64,000 bases of DNA from an uncultured Candidatus Saccharibacteria bacterium. Its GTDB lineage: Bacteria > Patescibacteriota > Saccharimonadia > Saccharimonadales > JAGQNJ01. Made by a program: the position numbers and the translations under genes. How positions within the stretch are numbered: the first letter of the stretch is position 1; every line of letters begins with the position of its first letter. The stretch is taken from assembly GCA_964584895.1 (NCBI GenBank), contig CAZPAW010000001.1, forward strand, positions 197,053 to 261,052, read 5' to 3'. Of this stretch, positions 20,801 to 29,652 are shown piece by piece. Under the pieces are notes generated by a model. It saw only the letters and a list, made by a program, of their open reading frames with translations, ran no database searches and was not told where the DNA came from.

Positions 20801-22934
20801 GGATGGTGAGGCTGATTTGGGCAATGGCATGAGCGGAATATCGGCTGACGCTACTTCCAGCGTGTCCTATATTGGTGGGCTAACTAGCGGAGAGCGTAAT
20901 ATTATATCTGGTAACGACAGCGATGGTATATATTTGGCCGATGGAACTGGCGATACCAGAATCCGCGGTAACTACATTGGCGTTGATGCTACAGGGGCAG
21001 TAGACCTAGGTAATACAGATGATGGAATAATTGCTGGCTCGACCGACATTATTATCGGTGGAACAGCAAGTGGAGCACGAAACGTTGTATCCGGGAATGG
21101 TGCAGAGGGTATAGAATTATCTTCTACCGCAACAACTGCTTTGGTCCAAGGTAATTATATTGGACTTAGCGCTAGTGGCAGTAGCGGTATCGGGAATACT
21201 AATATTGGTCTTAGCACAATGGGTATCAATACGATAGTTGGCGGTACGGCAAGCGGGGCAGAAAATGTCGTCTCAGATAACGGTGCTGGTGGAATTTCGG
21301 TCGATGGCGACGATACGACAGTAATCGGAAACCTAGTCGGAACAAGCGCAGATGGCTTGAGTGAAATTGGCAATACTAGTGTTGGTATTAAATCTGGTGG
21401 TGACAATGTAATTATTGGCGGAGATTCAGCCACCGAGCGTAATGTAGTAGCCGGCACAATAGTAGGTGGAAATTATGCTGGATCAGGTATCGTTCTGCTC
21501 AGTTTTGGATCAGGCGGAAGTGGTGGGGTTGTTAAGGGTAATTACGTTGGGACAAATATTAACGGTACAGTTGGTGGCGGGTTTGGCAACGGCGGATTCG
21601 GAATATTCGCAATCGGGGACTATTCAAATGGAGTTATCGGCGGTACAGCTAGTGGCGAGGGTAACAAAGTTGTGAGTAGCGGAATGAACGGAATAGGCGC
21701 GAACGGGTTCGCTGGCTTTGGTCTGTACACGAATAATATATCAATCTTAGGTAACCAAGTATATCAAAGTACCTCGACCGGCATTAGATTAATGGCAGAT
21801 ACTAATGGTGATTTTCAACCTGATACTCCGATTCCGTTCCCCAATGATGCGGGCGATGGTGATGTTGGGCCTAATGATTATCTTAACTTCCCAGTTCTTA
21901 ATAGTTCTTCGGCTTCTGCGGGCTCGTTGGATGTTAATTTTGATCTAGATATTCCTAATACTAATACTGGAGTAACCGGCTATAGACTAGAGTTTTTTGC
22001 TAACGACACAGGTGATGCGTCCGGTAATGGCGAGGGGCAGATATATCTTGGTTCGGCAAATGTGTCAGGAGATGTATCAAGCCATTCGGAGACAATAACT
22101 TTAGATCCTGGTGTCATCACCACCGGTGACTACGATATTTCGGCAACTGTCACTGAAATCGATGGTAGTGCTGATGGGTTTGGATCGACTAGCGAGTTTA
22201 GTGCATTCCTAGATAACCAAGAGATTATTCAGCCACTAGATAATGACGATGACGGAGTCAATGATGCTGTTGAAGATGCTGGCCCTAATGGTGGCGATGG
22301 TAATGACGATGGAACGCAGGATAGTGAACAAGCTAGCGTGGCAACAATTCTTGATGCCGAAAGCGACGATTACGTTACACTAGCACTTGATTCGGCTGGC
22401 GTGTGCGATCAGATAGATGATTTTGCATCAAAGCTTGAAAGCGAGCTATCTGAATCTGACCCTGACTTTATCTATCCGCTAACACTAGTAGAATTTACTA
22501 TTCCGTGTGAAGACAGCGTAGATGGAACATTATTCTGGCACGGCGAGGAAGAGTTCACTACTCAAATCTATCGTAAATTTGGCCCGACCACACCTGGCGA
22601 TGTTTCTTCGACAAGTTGGTACACGTCTGAACAATTTATAACGAGCACTGTAGATATTGACGGGAATGCTACAGCAACAGCTTCATTTACGTTGACCGAT
22701 GGTGAAGCAGGTGACGATACAGGCAATGATAATGTAATTGTAGATGCCAATGGTCCAGGCCTAGAAGTAGAAACAACTGACTCTGTAGTAGATAGTATCT
22801 CTAGCGCTGTATCAGACGCACTGTCGGCTACTGGAATGAACCAATACGGCATTTATGCAATAGCCGGCGCGTTAATTATCGGTGGATCGGTGTTTATTGT
22901 AAAACGAAAGTATCAAAGCAGAACTTCAAAGTAA
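17835..22934 (+). CDS. Giant CSLREA-domain / beta-helix surface protein with LSATG sorting signal
   Basis: Two ITVNSTADD..DGECTLREAI units, many NVISGN/GNYIGT repeats, C-terminal choice-of-anchor-U-like region, LSATG-TM-KRK. Confidence 0.85.
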   Translation: MNQRVMIKTLSKHKKYLFFGIIMLVVFAVPITRVNAAATITVNSTADDQNNDGECTLREAIVASNTDTASGAAVGECTAGSGADTIEFDISGTGLKTIHISSGMPTITRTVTIDGYTQTDAVVNNADFPDAMNGTLTVEIDAAGESGIYGFDINGSQADGTVIKGLIVNDIPYETFYLTDVDNVSLEGNYIGTSSTGTVADGGSSHGVRIGGSSTGNMIGGATAAKRNVISGNGNTGVLFYGSALTTGNFVQGNFIGVGADGTTRIGNSQQGVASSEGPTGNIIGGDGVGEGNVISGNGGIGVYLSGTGGANTVQGNHIGTNAAGSAGVYNGQGGIVVSNADSNTIGGSIVGARNVISGNSAHGISIIDDSDNNDISGNYVGVGSDGSTAMPNGVHGLLIEGGSGSNTIGGTSSGERNIISGNSEAGVFISGPTVNSNIVQGNYIGTDDTGAVDVGNGSYGLVLDNSPSNTVGGTTGVTVGGDCTGSCNVISGNGDDAIWLYGDSADNNVIKGNHIGTNVAGTGDLGNGGRGVNITFSADGTLVGGTTASDANLIRFNDVRGVSIPNSGSINNAIIGNSLYQNAISNIDLSEDGVTANDANDADNGPNDLLNYPEWGLFDDDSGDTEVTYDLDVPAGDYRIETFSDNGKTLVDSQNITHTGSGAESFSNTITGNNYSNLRMTATEIDGGLSSGFGSTSEYSEAYSDGTEIITVNSTADDSNDDGECTLREAITAANDNTESGISDGECIAGAATDTIEFDIAGAGPHTIQPGAALPSITADGTTINGYSETGAVENSGDYSACFVGTIMIEIDGQNAGSVSGLTISAENVTIRGLAINRFTYSGVYIGSASGTVVAGNILGLDDAGLVDHGNGDAGVDIRSTGDTLIGGTTAADRNLISGNEGFGGISSYADTGTITISGNCIGTDATGDTAIPNNHSGINLYQAEANMVIGGDTTHERNIISGNDENGISISESNVGDIKGNYIGVDADGEADLGNGMSGISADATSSVSYIGGLTSGERNIISGNDSDGIYLADGTGDTRIRGNYIGVDATGAVDLGNTDDGIIAGSTDIIIGGTASGARNVVSGNGAEGIELSSTATTALVQGNYIGLSASGSSGIGNTNIGLSTMGINTIVGGTASGAENVVSDNGAGGISVDGDDTTVIGNLVGTSADGLSEIGNTSVGIKSGGDNVIIGGDSATERNVVAGTIVGGNYAGSGIVLLSFGSGGSGGVVKGNYVGTNINGTVGGGFGNGGFGIFAIGDYSNGVIGGTASGEGNKVVSSGMNGIGANGFAGFGLYTNNISILGNQVYQSTSTGIRLMADTNGDFQPDTPIPFPNDAGDGDVGPNDYLNFPVLNSSSASAGSLDVNFDLDIPNTNTGVTGYRLEFFANDTGDASGNGEGQIYLGSANVSGDVSSHSETITLDPGVITTGDYDISATVTEIDGSADGFGSTSEFSAFLDNQEIIQPLDNDDDGVNDAVEDAGPNGGDGNDDGTQDSEQASVATILDAESDDYVTLALDSAGVCDQIDDFASKLESELSESDPDFIYPLTLVEFTIPCEDSVDGTLFWHGEEEFTTQIYRKFGPTTPGDVSSTSWYTSEQFITSTVDIDGNATATASFTLTDGEAGDDTGNDNVIVDANGPGLEVETTDSVVDSISSAVSDALSATGMNQYGIYAIAGALIIGGSVFIVKRKYQSRTSK

Positions 22935-23009
22935 GCGGTATTAGTAGTTGTAATATTAGTTAAACTGACAGATAATATACATAAGCATTTTATAAGGGGA
23001 GTTAGAATT

Positions 23010-25469
23010 GTGGGAGTAGGTTTATCCCAGATTGTAGATAATCAAAATAATAAATTATTTGCGATATCGTTATTACTCGGCGTCAGTATAATCTCGGTGT
23101 TAATCTTTAGCGGACAAGTAGTTAGGGCTGCTGCAGATACTTGTACCTGGACGGGCTCTGGAGCAGATACGAATATTAGTACAGCTGGAAATTGGAGTGG
23201 GTGCGATAATGGCAATGTCCCTCAGGACGGGGACACACTAGTATTCCCATCTGGCCCCACTAACAAAGCAGTTACGGTTGACTCGGATATGGGATTTAAT
23301 GGTATTACATTTAATGGTAGTGGTTACACTGTTGCATCTGTGGCGTTTGAATCTCTCGGTGTCTATACCAGCCTGACTATTAGTGGCAACAACAACATAT
23401 TTAGTGGATATGTTCGGTTATATCCAACAACCACAGCCACCATAAATCACAGTGGTACTGGGACAAGTTTTTCTCATTATATTGTCATACAACCTTTAGC
23501 TGATAATACGGATGTTGTATTGAACACTGTAACAGACCTAGCTGTTCCAATGATTTCACAGACTGCGGTAGGGGCTGGAAGTTCAGTCGACACAGTCGCA
23601 AAATCAGGTGCTGGGACGCTAGATATCACTGGGACTGCGATTTCAGGTGTTATTACTAGCGGTGGTATTCACATTGAAGAAGGTCGCTGGCAATGTGATT
23701 CAACAAATTGCCTTGGCAATAGTGCAAACGAAATTATCCTAGATGAAGGTGGCGATGAAGACGGTGCTGAACTAAAGATTAATCATGGCGGAACAGTCAG
23801 TAACCCTATTACTTCTGCAGCGGTCACGGGAGAAAACGGCTCTGTAATTATTTCTGCAAGCGCGACACTAAATGGCGATATTACTGTCACTGATAGTTTG
23901 AATATGTTTGTGACTGGCTCTACAAGTGCCAATATTGATTCTGATATAGCGGTCGCTGATGGCAAAAATCTTGTAAGTTATGGCTCGGAAGGTTATGCGA
24001 CAAACGCTTACGATTACGGCGGTATCATATCTGGCGATGGGGGTTTGATTATTGATAATGCCCATGTGACGTTGAGCGGAATGTCTAATACTTATACTGG
24101 TTCGACAGAGCTAAATAACGCCGCATTGCTTACCGTGACAAATAATAATTCACAGGGCGCACAAACATCAGGAACTGTCGTCAATAATGGCACAACACTA
24201 GAATATGACGCAGGGAGTAGCATCGGTTTTGGAGAGCCAATTACTGTTGAGGGTACTGGTGTGGGTGGTAGCTATCCGGGAGCGTTAGTTAAAACTGGTC
24301 AAAACATGCAGATTGAAGGTGGTATTACCTTGACTGATGATACAACGTTCCATAATGCGACAAGCGAGTTATTTGAAATCACCTCTGTAATTACCGGTAA
24401 TTATAACTTAACATTAACTAACGTCGAAGACGATGGTGGATTCAATATGCAACCAGGTGCGGAAAATTACTTTGGTAACCTAATTGCAACCGGTACAGAA
24501 CTCACGATAGCAGGTTCTGGCAATACAGCGATTCCAAATAATCTAACCATCAATGCTGTAGACGGCAAGTCTTCTTATGTACTATTAAACAGCGACAATG
24601 TCATTGCAGATGATTCGGTAATTACGCTTAATAACGATAGTACCGAAATCGCCAAACTGATAAGCAGTGGAGTAGCGGATTCAGTAGGCACAATTATAGG
24701 CGACGGCACCATTTCGATGCTGGATTCTGATTCACGCTTTAACATTGGATACGGCGACACTGACGGCACTTTTGAAGGTGTTGTAGAAGGCTATACTAAT
24801 TCTCAATTTCAGATCACTGATGGTATATGGACCTTTTCTGGTGATAATACGGACGTTGGTAATGGGTTCTCTAGTTACTATGTTAACGGCGGGAAATTTG
24901 TTGCTGATGCTATTAATACAAGTCTTGGATTCTCCCCGTTTAGCATTAGCTCGGGTGTGCTGGGCGGAACCGATGTAATAGGGCAAGTCAGCGTATATGG
25001 TGGTACAATCGCCCCTGGAAACAGCCCAGGTTGCTTAAACCCTGCCGGTGACGTGGCCTTTACAGATGAGCTTTCTATTTTGAATGTCGAGCTTAACGGC
25101 ACTACTGTCTGCAGTGAATATGACAAGCTTGCAGCCAGTGGAATTGTCTACCTTAATGATGCGACGCTAAATGTAGACTTAGGTTTTGTTCCATCAGCCG
25201 GCGACACATTTACAATTGTAGAGGGTTCTTCAATTGTTGGTACATTTTCTGGTCTTGCTGATGACGATACATTTACTGTTGGCAGCAGAACAATGAAGAT
25301 TAACTACAATGCTACTTCGGTTGTTGTAACTGATGTCACAGCAGATTCAGCAAGCTCTTCAACAACAGATTCGTTAGCAAATACAGGTGTTAGCCAACTG
25401 TTCTTTTTTGGTTTAGTAATTGTATTATTTGGTGGGTCAGCTCTGGTACTCAAGAAGAAAAATCTGTAA
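23010..25469 (+). CDS. Surface protein with autotransporter-associated beta-strand repeats and LANTG sorting signal
   Basis: TWTGSG..GNWS, KSGAGTL, NTYTGST, IAPGNSPG, LANTG-TM-KKK; no beta-barrel. Confidence 0.82.
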   Translation: MGVGLSQIVDNQNNKLFAISLLLGVSIISVLIFSGQVVRAAADTCTWTGSGADTNISTAGNWSGCDNGNVPQDGDTLVFPSGPTNKAVTVDSDMGFNGITFNGSGYTVASVAFESLGVYTSLTISGNNNIFSGYVRLYPTTTATINHSGTGTSFSHYIVIQPLADNTDVVLNTVTDLAVPMISQTAVGAGSSVDTVAKSGAGTLDITGTAISGVITSGGIHIEEGRWQCDSTNCLGNSANEIILDEGGDEDGAELKINHGGTVSNPITSAAVTGENGSVIISASATLNGDITVTDSLNMFVTGSTSANIDSDIAVADGKNLVSYGSEGYATNAYDYGGIISGDGGLIIDNAHVTLSGMSNTYTGSTELNNAALLTVTNNNSQGAQTSGTVVNNGTTLEYDAGSSIGFGEPITVEGTGVGGSYPGALVKTGQNMQIEGGITLTDDTTFHNATSELFEITSVITGNYNLTLTNVEDDGGFNMQPGAENYFGNLIATGTELTIAGSGNTAIPNNLTINAVDGKSSYVLLNSDNVIADDSVITLNNDSTEIAKLISSGVADSVGTIIGDGTISMLDSDSRFNIGYGDTDGTFEGVVEGYTNSQFQITDGIWTFSGDNTDVGNGFSSYYVNGGKFVADAINTSLGFSPFSISSGVLGGTDVIGQVSVYGGTIAPGNSPGCLNPAGDVAFTDELSILNVELNGTTVCSEYDKLAASGIVYLNDATLNVDLGFVPSAGDTFTIVEGSSIVGTFSGLADDDTFTVGSRTMKINYNATSVVVTDVTADSASSSTTDSLANTGVSQLFFFGLVIVLFGGSALVLKKKNL

Positions 25470-25535
25470 ATAACTAAGTTAGTTTGTTATAATCACATCT
25501 GTTACGTAGTAATTTTTTTAGTTACTCGTTGACGA

Positions 25536-25644
25536 GGGGATGTAGCTCGGTGTGAGAATTGCCTGTGGTAATTCGTAAGGGAATCAACTTCTCAAAACTT
25601 GATTTGATGAAGTTGTGACTGGGTCGCCAGAGGTGACTAGATCA
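25536..25644 (+). repeat. Degenerate tRNA 5' fragment interrupted by a three-hairpin element (copy 1)
   Basis: GGGGATGTAGCTC-GGT-[~86 nt]-TAGATCA versus tRNA GGGGCTGTAGCTCAGGGGT-TAGAGCA. Confidence 0.7.
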
Positions 25645-25678
25645 CTATTAACATTTTTTAACAAAATTCATCTTTGGG

Positions 25679-25754
25679 GGGGCTGTAGCTCAGGGGTTAG
25701 AGCAGTCGGCTCATAACCGATTGGTCGCAGGTTCAAATCCTGCCAGCCCCACCA
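25679..25754 (+). tRNA. tRNA with CAT anticodon, most likely tRNA-Ile2 (lysidine)
   Basis: Cloverleaf GGGGCTG/CAGCCCC, GTCGG-CTCATAA-CCGAT, GGTTCAAATCC, encoded CCA; Ile2-like sequence style. Confidence 0.93.
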
Positions 25755-25770
25755 TAGCTGAGTTTTGTTT

Positions 25771-25898
25771 TAACCGATTGGTCGAAGGTGAGAAATGCCT
25801 TGAATGGCATTTCGCAAGGCAGTCAACTCTTGCAAATTTGTTTGCAAAGATGTTGCTACGGGGTTGCAGAATGTGACCAATTCCTACCACCCCCACCA
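25771..25898 (+). repeat. Degenerate tRNA 3' half interrupted by a three-hairpin element (copy 2)
   Basis: TAACCGATTGGTCGAAGGT-[~88 nt]-CAATTCCTACCACCCCCACCA versus tRNA TAACCGATTGGTCGCAGGT-TCAAATCCTGCCAGCCCCACCA. Confidence 0.78.
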
Positions 25899-26160
25899 TC
25901 CATCTAATGGCGATTATTGGATATCCGATGACTACTGGAGAATTATAGATCTAACAACACAGCCTCAAAAACTCGAAGAAGAGGACGGAGAACGCCTAAC
26001 TCGCTCGATAGTCAGGCTAAATGACAATTATAACTTGATAGCAAGCAGACTCGGGCCAACCCTACAAAAAGCTTATGATGGCGTTGCTGAACAAATAAAT
26101 GACTTAAACCATGATGACCCAAATAGACGCATGATTCCTCCTATGCAGCAAAAGCGCTAA
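25804..26160 (+). CDS. Hypothetical protein; start doubtful because it lies inside the repeat element
   Basis: 118-aa ORF; only the 3' two-thirds looks protein-like. Confidence 0.35.
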   Translation: MAFRKAVNSCKFVCKDVATGLQNVTNSYHPHHPSNGDYWISDDYWRIIDLTTQPQKLEEEDGERLTRSIVRLNDNYNLIASRLGPTLQKAYDGVAEQINDLNHDDPNRRMIPPMQQKR

Positions 26161-26194
26161 ATTTGCTTTAATTCTTGATACAATTAAGCTGTAG

Positions 26195-26650
26195 ATGCTT
26201 GAAGAAATAAAAAATAGAATTATTAATTATTCAAAATCTTTGACCGACATTAGGGTGCTTGGCCAAACATTATTTGTGTTGATTATTTTATTGGTAAGTT
26301 GGAGTGGTATAAAAGCGATTCAAAAAAATTATGAATTGCAAAAACAGATATCAAAATTAGAACAAGAGGTTGAGATTGCACAATTAGAGAACGAAAATCA
26401 AAAACTAAATAATTTGTATCTAGAGACGGATCAATTCTTAGAATTATCTGCTCGACGGCAATTTGGACTTGGTGCCCCAGGCGAAAAATTATTAGTCGTT
26501 CCTAAAGAGGTTGCGCTGGCAAATTCAGTAAAGCTGGTGGCTAAATCAGATAATGTGAAAAAAGTAGAAAAACCAAAGTATCAACAAAATTTAGAAGCAT
26601 GGATTAGCTTTTTTTTCAGAGGCTCACAGAATAGGTTGACAGAGGAATGA
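26195..26650 (+). CDS. Septum formation initiator (FtsB/DivIC) family protein
   Basis: TM + coiled coil + ELSARRQFGLGAPGE. Confidence 0.8.
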   Translation: MLEEIKNRIINYSKSLTDIRVLGQTLFVLIILLVSWSGIKAIQKNYELQKQISKLEQEVEIAQLENENQKLNNLYLETDQFLELSARRQFGLGAPGEKLLVVPKEVALANSVKLVAKSDNVKKVEKPKYQQNLEAWISFFFRGSQNRLTEE

Positions 26651-26655
26651 GCCTA

Positions 26656-28230
26656 CTAAAGTTGCATGCGATCTTTTAGAGGCGAGATGCGTGCGTCCAC
26701 CCGTCCTACGATATATTGAATATCTATCGGACCGTTAATTCTAGAATCTAGTGATTCAGGTCTATTATCTCCGCTAACAAAAACTTCATTTTCGGCTAAT
26801 GTAATATCGATATTATCTTCATCGCCGATATTATAGGTATCTTCCCAATCACTACTTTTATCTGGGTTAAATCCTTTTGGATTTTCTTGATTGTAGACAA
26901 GCACTATGCCTTTGTTTACGGTTATACGCTCTCCTGGTAAACCAAGTACTCGTTTGACTACATATTCGGGACCTTCTTTTTCATTATCATCTACTAACGA
27001 AGGAGAAGGTTTTTGAAATATAATCACTTCACCTCGCTTCGGTATATATTTTTGGCTATTGATATTTGCCCATGTCCTTGATGATTTGTTGACCAGCAGT
27101 TTGTCATCATCTTTTAAGGTGTTTTCCATACTAATACCGTCAACCCTAAAAATCTCGACTATATAATAATCTACAATAATAATAAACAAAGAAATCGAGG
27201 CTATTGCAAACACTGGCATAGCAACTTTCACAACCCTCACTAAATTATCTTTGGCTTTGGTGATAGTAGCTGGTTGAGATGGGATATCGTTGGTTGGAAT
27301 AATGTCGTCAGGGCTCGCGATAGAATTATTGTCTGTCGATACTGGGGTTGGCTGTACTATTCCATGGTTAATCTTCCATTGTCGTTTGCGGTTAATAATT
27401 CGGATTATCATTAATGTAATAAATATTAGTAATGTAGCGAAAAATAGTACGACAACGACTTGAATCCAAACACGATTACTATTAAAAGTACGGTAAATTA
27501 AATTTCCAAAGTCTTTGGTAAAACTAACATATACTTTATCTTCGATGACTACTTTTTGCCCGGATTTATAGATGATAACTCTAGAGAGTGTTTGATTACC
27601 AGCCGGTACTAGGCGTAAATTAAAATCCTCAATACCTGTAGTGGTGTATTGGTATTTACTTCCGACGTAGTATTCAACTTTTTCAATCTTGTCATCTTTA
27701 GGATCAGTAACCTGAGCAATCACAAGATCATTTTCAGCTAGTGATGTGTATTTCGGTTCAATAAAGCCTGATTGACCAGATATTTTAACAAAACACTGTT
27801 TCTCTGGAATACAGGGCGGGTTTTGTTTTGGGACTATTAATACTCTAGGACGATTTGCGTCCGGCATGTTATAAAAAATTTCTGACGACAAAATAAAACG
27901 ATAAGAGTTATCTTTAGTATTATTCCAGCTACCAATCTTTGTCCATTTTTCGCCACTGGCTGTAGTTGATCCAATTTTTTTACATGATGTCTCGCCCTCT
28001 ATTTCTAAACTAACCTTAGATGATTGACCTCGCTTACCTAGTTTTACATAAATATCATATGATCCTGTTCTAGTATCTGTCCTGCCATCATAATAATTAA
28101 TTGTATTTTGATTACATTGATCGTCTTGGGTTTGTTGTGCGCTGGCTATTGATGACGATAATGTGCTACTCGCTAAAAGCAAAAATAAACAAATTAATAA
28201 TGCTCGAATCGAGATTTTTTTAGCAATCAT
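26656..28230 (-). CDS. lepB: Signal peptidase I with a large N-terminal extracellular extension
   Basis: VDGISMENTL (Ser), YVVKRVLGLPGE (Lys), GDNRPESLDSR in the C-terminal third. Confidence 0.85.
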   Translation of the reverse strand: MIAKKISIRALLICLFLLLASSTLSSSIASAQQTQDDQCNQNTINYYDGRTDTRTGSYDIYVKLGKRGQSSKVSLEIEGETSCKKIGSTTASGEKWTKIGSWNNTKDNSYRFILSSEIFYNMPDANRPRVLIVPKQNPPCIPEKQCFVKISGQSGFIEPKYTSLAENDLVIAQVTDPKDDKIEKVEYYVGSKYQYTTTGIEDFNLRLVPAGNQTLSRVIIYKSGQKVVIEDKVYVSFTKDFGNLIYRTFNSNRVWIQVVVVLFFATLLIFITLMIIRIINRKRQWKINHGIVQPTPVSTDNNSIASPDDIIPTNDIPSQPATITKAKDNLVRVVKVAMPVFAIASISLFIIIVDYYIVEIFRVDGISMENTLKDDDKLLVNKSSRTWANINSQKYIPKRGEVIIFQKPSPSLVDDNEKEGPEYVVKRVLGLPGERITVNKGIVLVYNQENPKGFNPDKSSDWEDTYNIGDEDNIDITLAENEVFVSGDNRPESLDSRINGPIDIQYIVGRVDARISPLKDRMQL

Positions 28231-28396
28231 TGTGTATATAATATGCTTTTTTATCGTCAGTACTAAAAAATAATTGCGATAAAGACCGAGATTTATCCAC
28301 AGCTACGGTTGCGCATATGCTTATAATCGCGTATAAATATCAGTGAATATCAAAGCGTAACTATAAAAAGTGCAAAAATAAATAAAGGAAAAAAGT

Positions 28397-29566
28397 ATGA
28401 AATTTTTTAGCTCTATTAAAAAATTAAACCAAAAAGGTTTCAGCCACGTTGAGTTTTTTCTAGTGTTGGTTGTTGTAGTTGCAGTAGGAGGGATAGGTTT
28501 TTATGTATATAAAAACTCAACTGACAGCACAAAAGAAAGTAGCGCAGCTTCAGAACCTGTGATTGCAGTTGCGGCTCCTATTCCAAATAGATTAGAATCT
28601 GGTCCAATCCGAACTGCATTTAAAGATCAGATTAATGCTAGGGCAGCTGTTGAGGCACCGCGAACTACCGTTATGCCAACATGCGATGGCGACAAGGGTA
28701 CCCGAGGCGCAAGAGTCGAGTTAGTTTGGGTAGATGGCAAAAACTTCCTGGATAAACAAGCGAATATACGGGAAGCAAAAAGCGATATTCGTAAGATTGC
28801 CGCCGGTGTAGATTCTGTTTTCATAGAGTCAGCAAAAACTCAAAATACACGCTATATGGTACGTTGGCCACGAGACAGCAAGTGCAATATTAAGGTCAGG
28901 ACACTCGGCCTCAAACAAAAAGATTTTGAAAAACTGCAGTTTGCACTTAAGGGAGGTCCTCAAAACAAAAACCCAGAAAAAGCTTACAAAATCCTTCGTC
29001 GAGCAGGGCTTGACCAAAATAGTCGTAAATACATGGTATTCACAAGGGTAACTAACAAAATAAAAATGTGTGGTTATGACTTTATGCCATTCCAAGATGA
29101 TCGACCTGGGCAAGAGAATAAAAACAATCGATTAAGTAGTATGCAGATTATTAATAGACAGTGTTGGATTGGGAAGGGCGATGCAGATCAAGCAAAAAAA
29201 ATCGATATGTTTGTGCAAAATGCTGCCTTTCAGCTAGTGCATACACTAGGCGGACCACAAAAGAGTGCGCCAAATGCCTTTAAGATTGATGGATCATTCT
29301 TGGGCGACGGTGCTGAAAAACTAAAATTCGTCTACAACGTAACACAGTATGATGATCTACTAGGATACTATGGTCCGCTTGAGCATGAAAAAAGTGAAGA
29401 TTGTGAAACGACTGCCACCAATCTACGAGCTGTAATGCTAGATTGTGGTAATGACGACTACTTCAATACATTAGGTGATACTATCAGCGATGAAAACTAT
29501 CTGAAAACACACTGGAATATAGCCAACAGTCGCTTTATCGAAAAAGTACCTAACAATACGCCTTAA
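28397..29566 (+). CDS. Pilin-type N-terminus fused to a degenerate metallopeptidase-like domain
   Basis: NQKG|FSHVE + TM; AAFQLVHTLGGPQKSAP and LDCGNDDYFNT..YLKTHWNIANSRF. Confidence 0.7.
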   Translation: MKFFSSIKKLNQKGFSHVEFFLVLVVVVAVGGIGFYVYKNSTDSTKESSAASEPVIAVAAPIPNRLESGPIRTAFKDQINARAAVEAPRTTVMPTCDGDKGTRGARVELVWVDGKNFLDKQANIREAKSDIRKIAAGVDSVFIESAKTQNTRYMVRWPRDSKCNIKVRTLGLKQKDFEKLQFALKGGPQNKNPEKAYKILRRAGLDQNSRKYMVFTRVTNKIKMCGYDFMPFQDDRPGQENKNNRLSSMQIINRQCWIGKGDADQAKKIDMFVQNAAFQLVHTLGGPQKSAPNAFKIDGSFLGDGAEKLKFVYNVTQYDDLLGYYGPLEHEKSEDCETTATNLRAVMLDCGNDDYFNTLGDTISDENYLKTHWNIANSRFIEKVPNNTP

Positions 29567-29584
29567 GTGTACTAACCAAGTCAT

Positions 29585-29622
29585 TAATAAAGAGCCTAGC
29601 AAAACTGCAGGCTCTTTATTAA
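29585..29622 (+). terminator. Terminator hairpin
   Basis: TAATAAAGAGCCT...AGGCTCTTTATTA. Confidence 0.75.
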
Positions 29623-29652
29623 TTATTCTAACCATATGAGATAATTATTATA

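Noticed and set aside
25711-25899. 62-aa minus-strand ORF ending ...GLAGFEPATNRL
   Set aside because: It is the antisense translation of the tRNA and the repeat element
28293-28301. Perfect DnaA box TTATCCACA in a divergent intergenic region
   Set aside because: Single copy, with no box cluster or dnaA/dnaN nearby; not enough to call an origin
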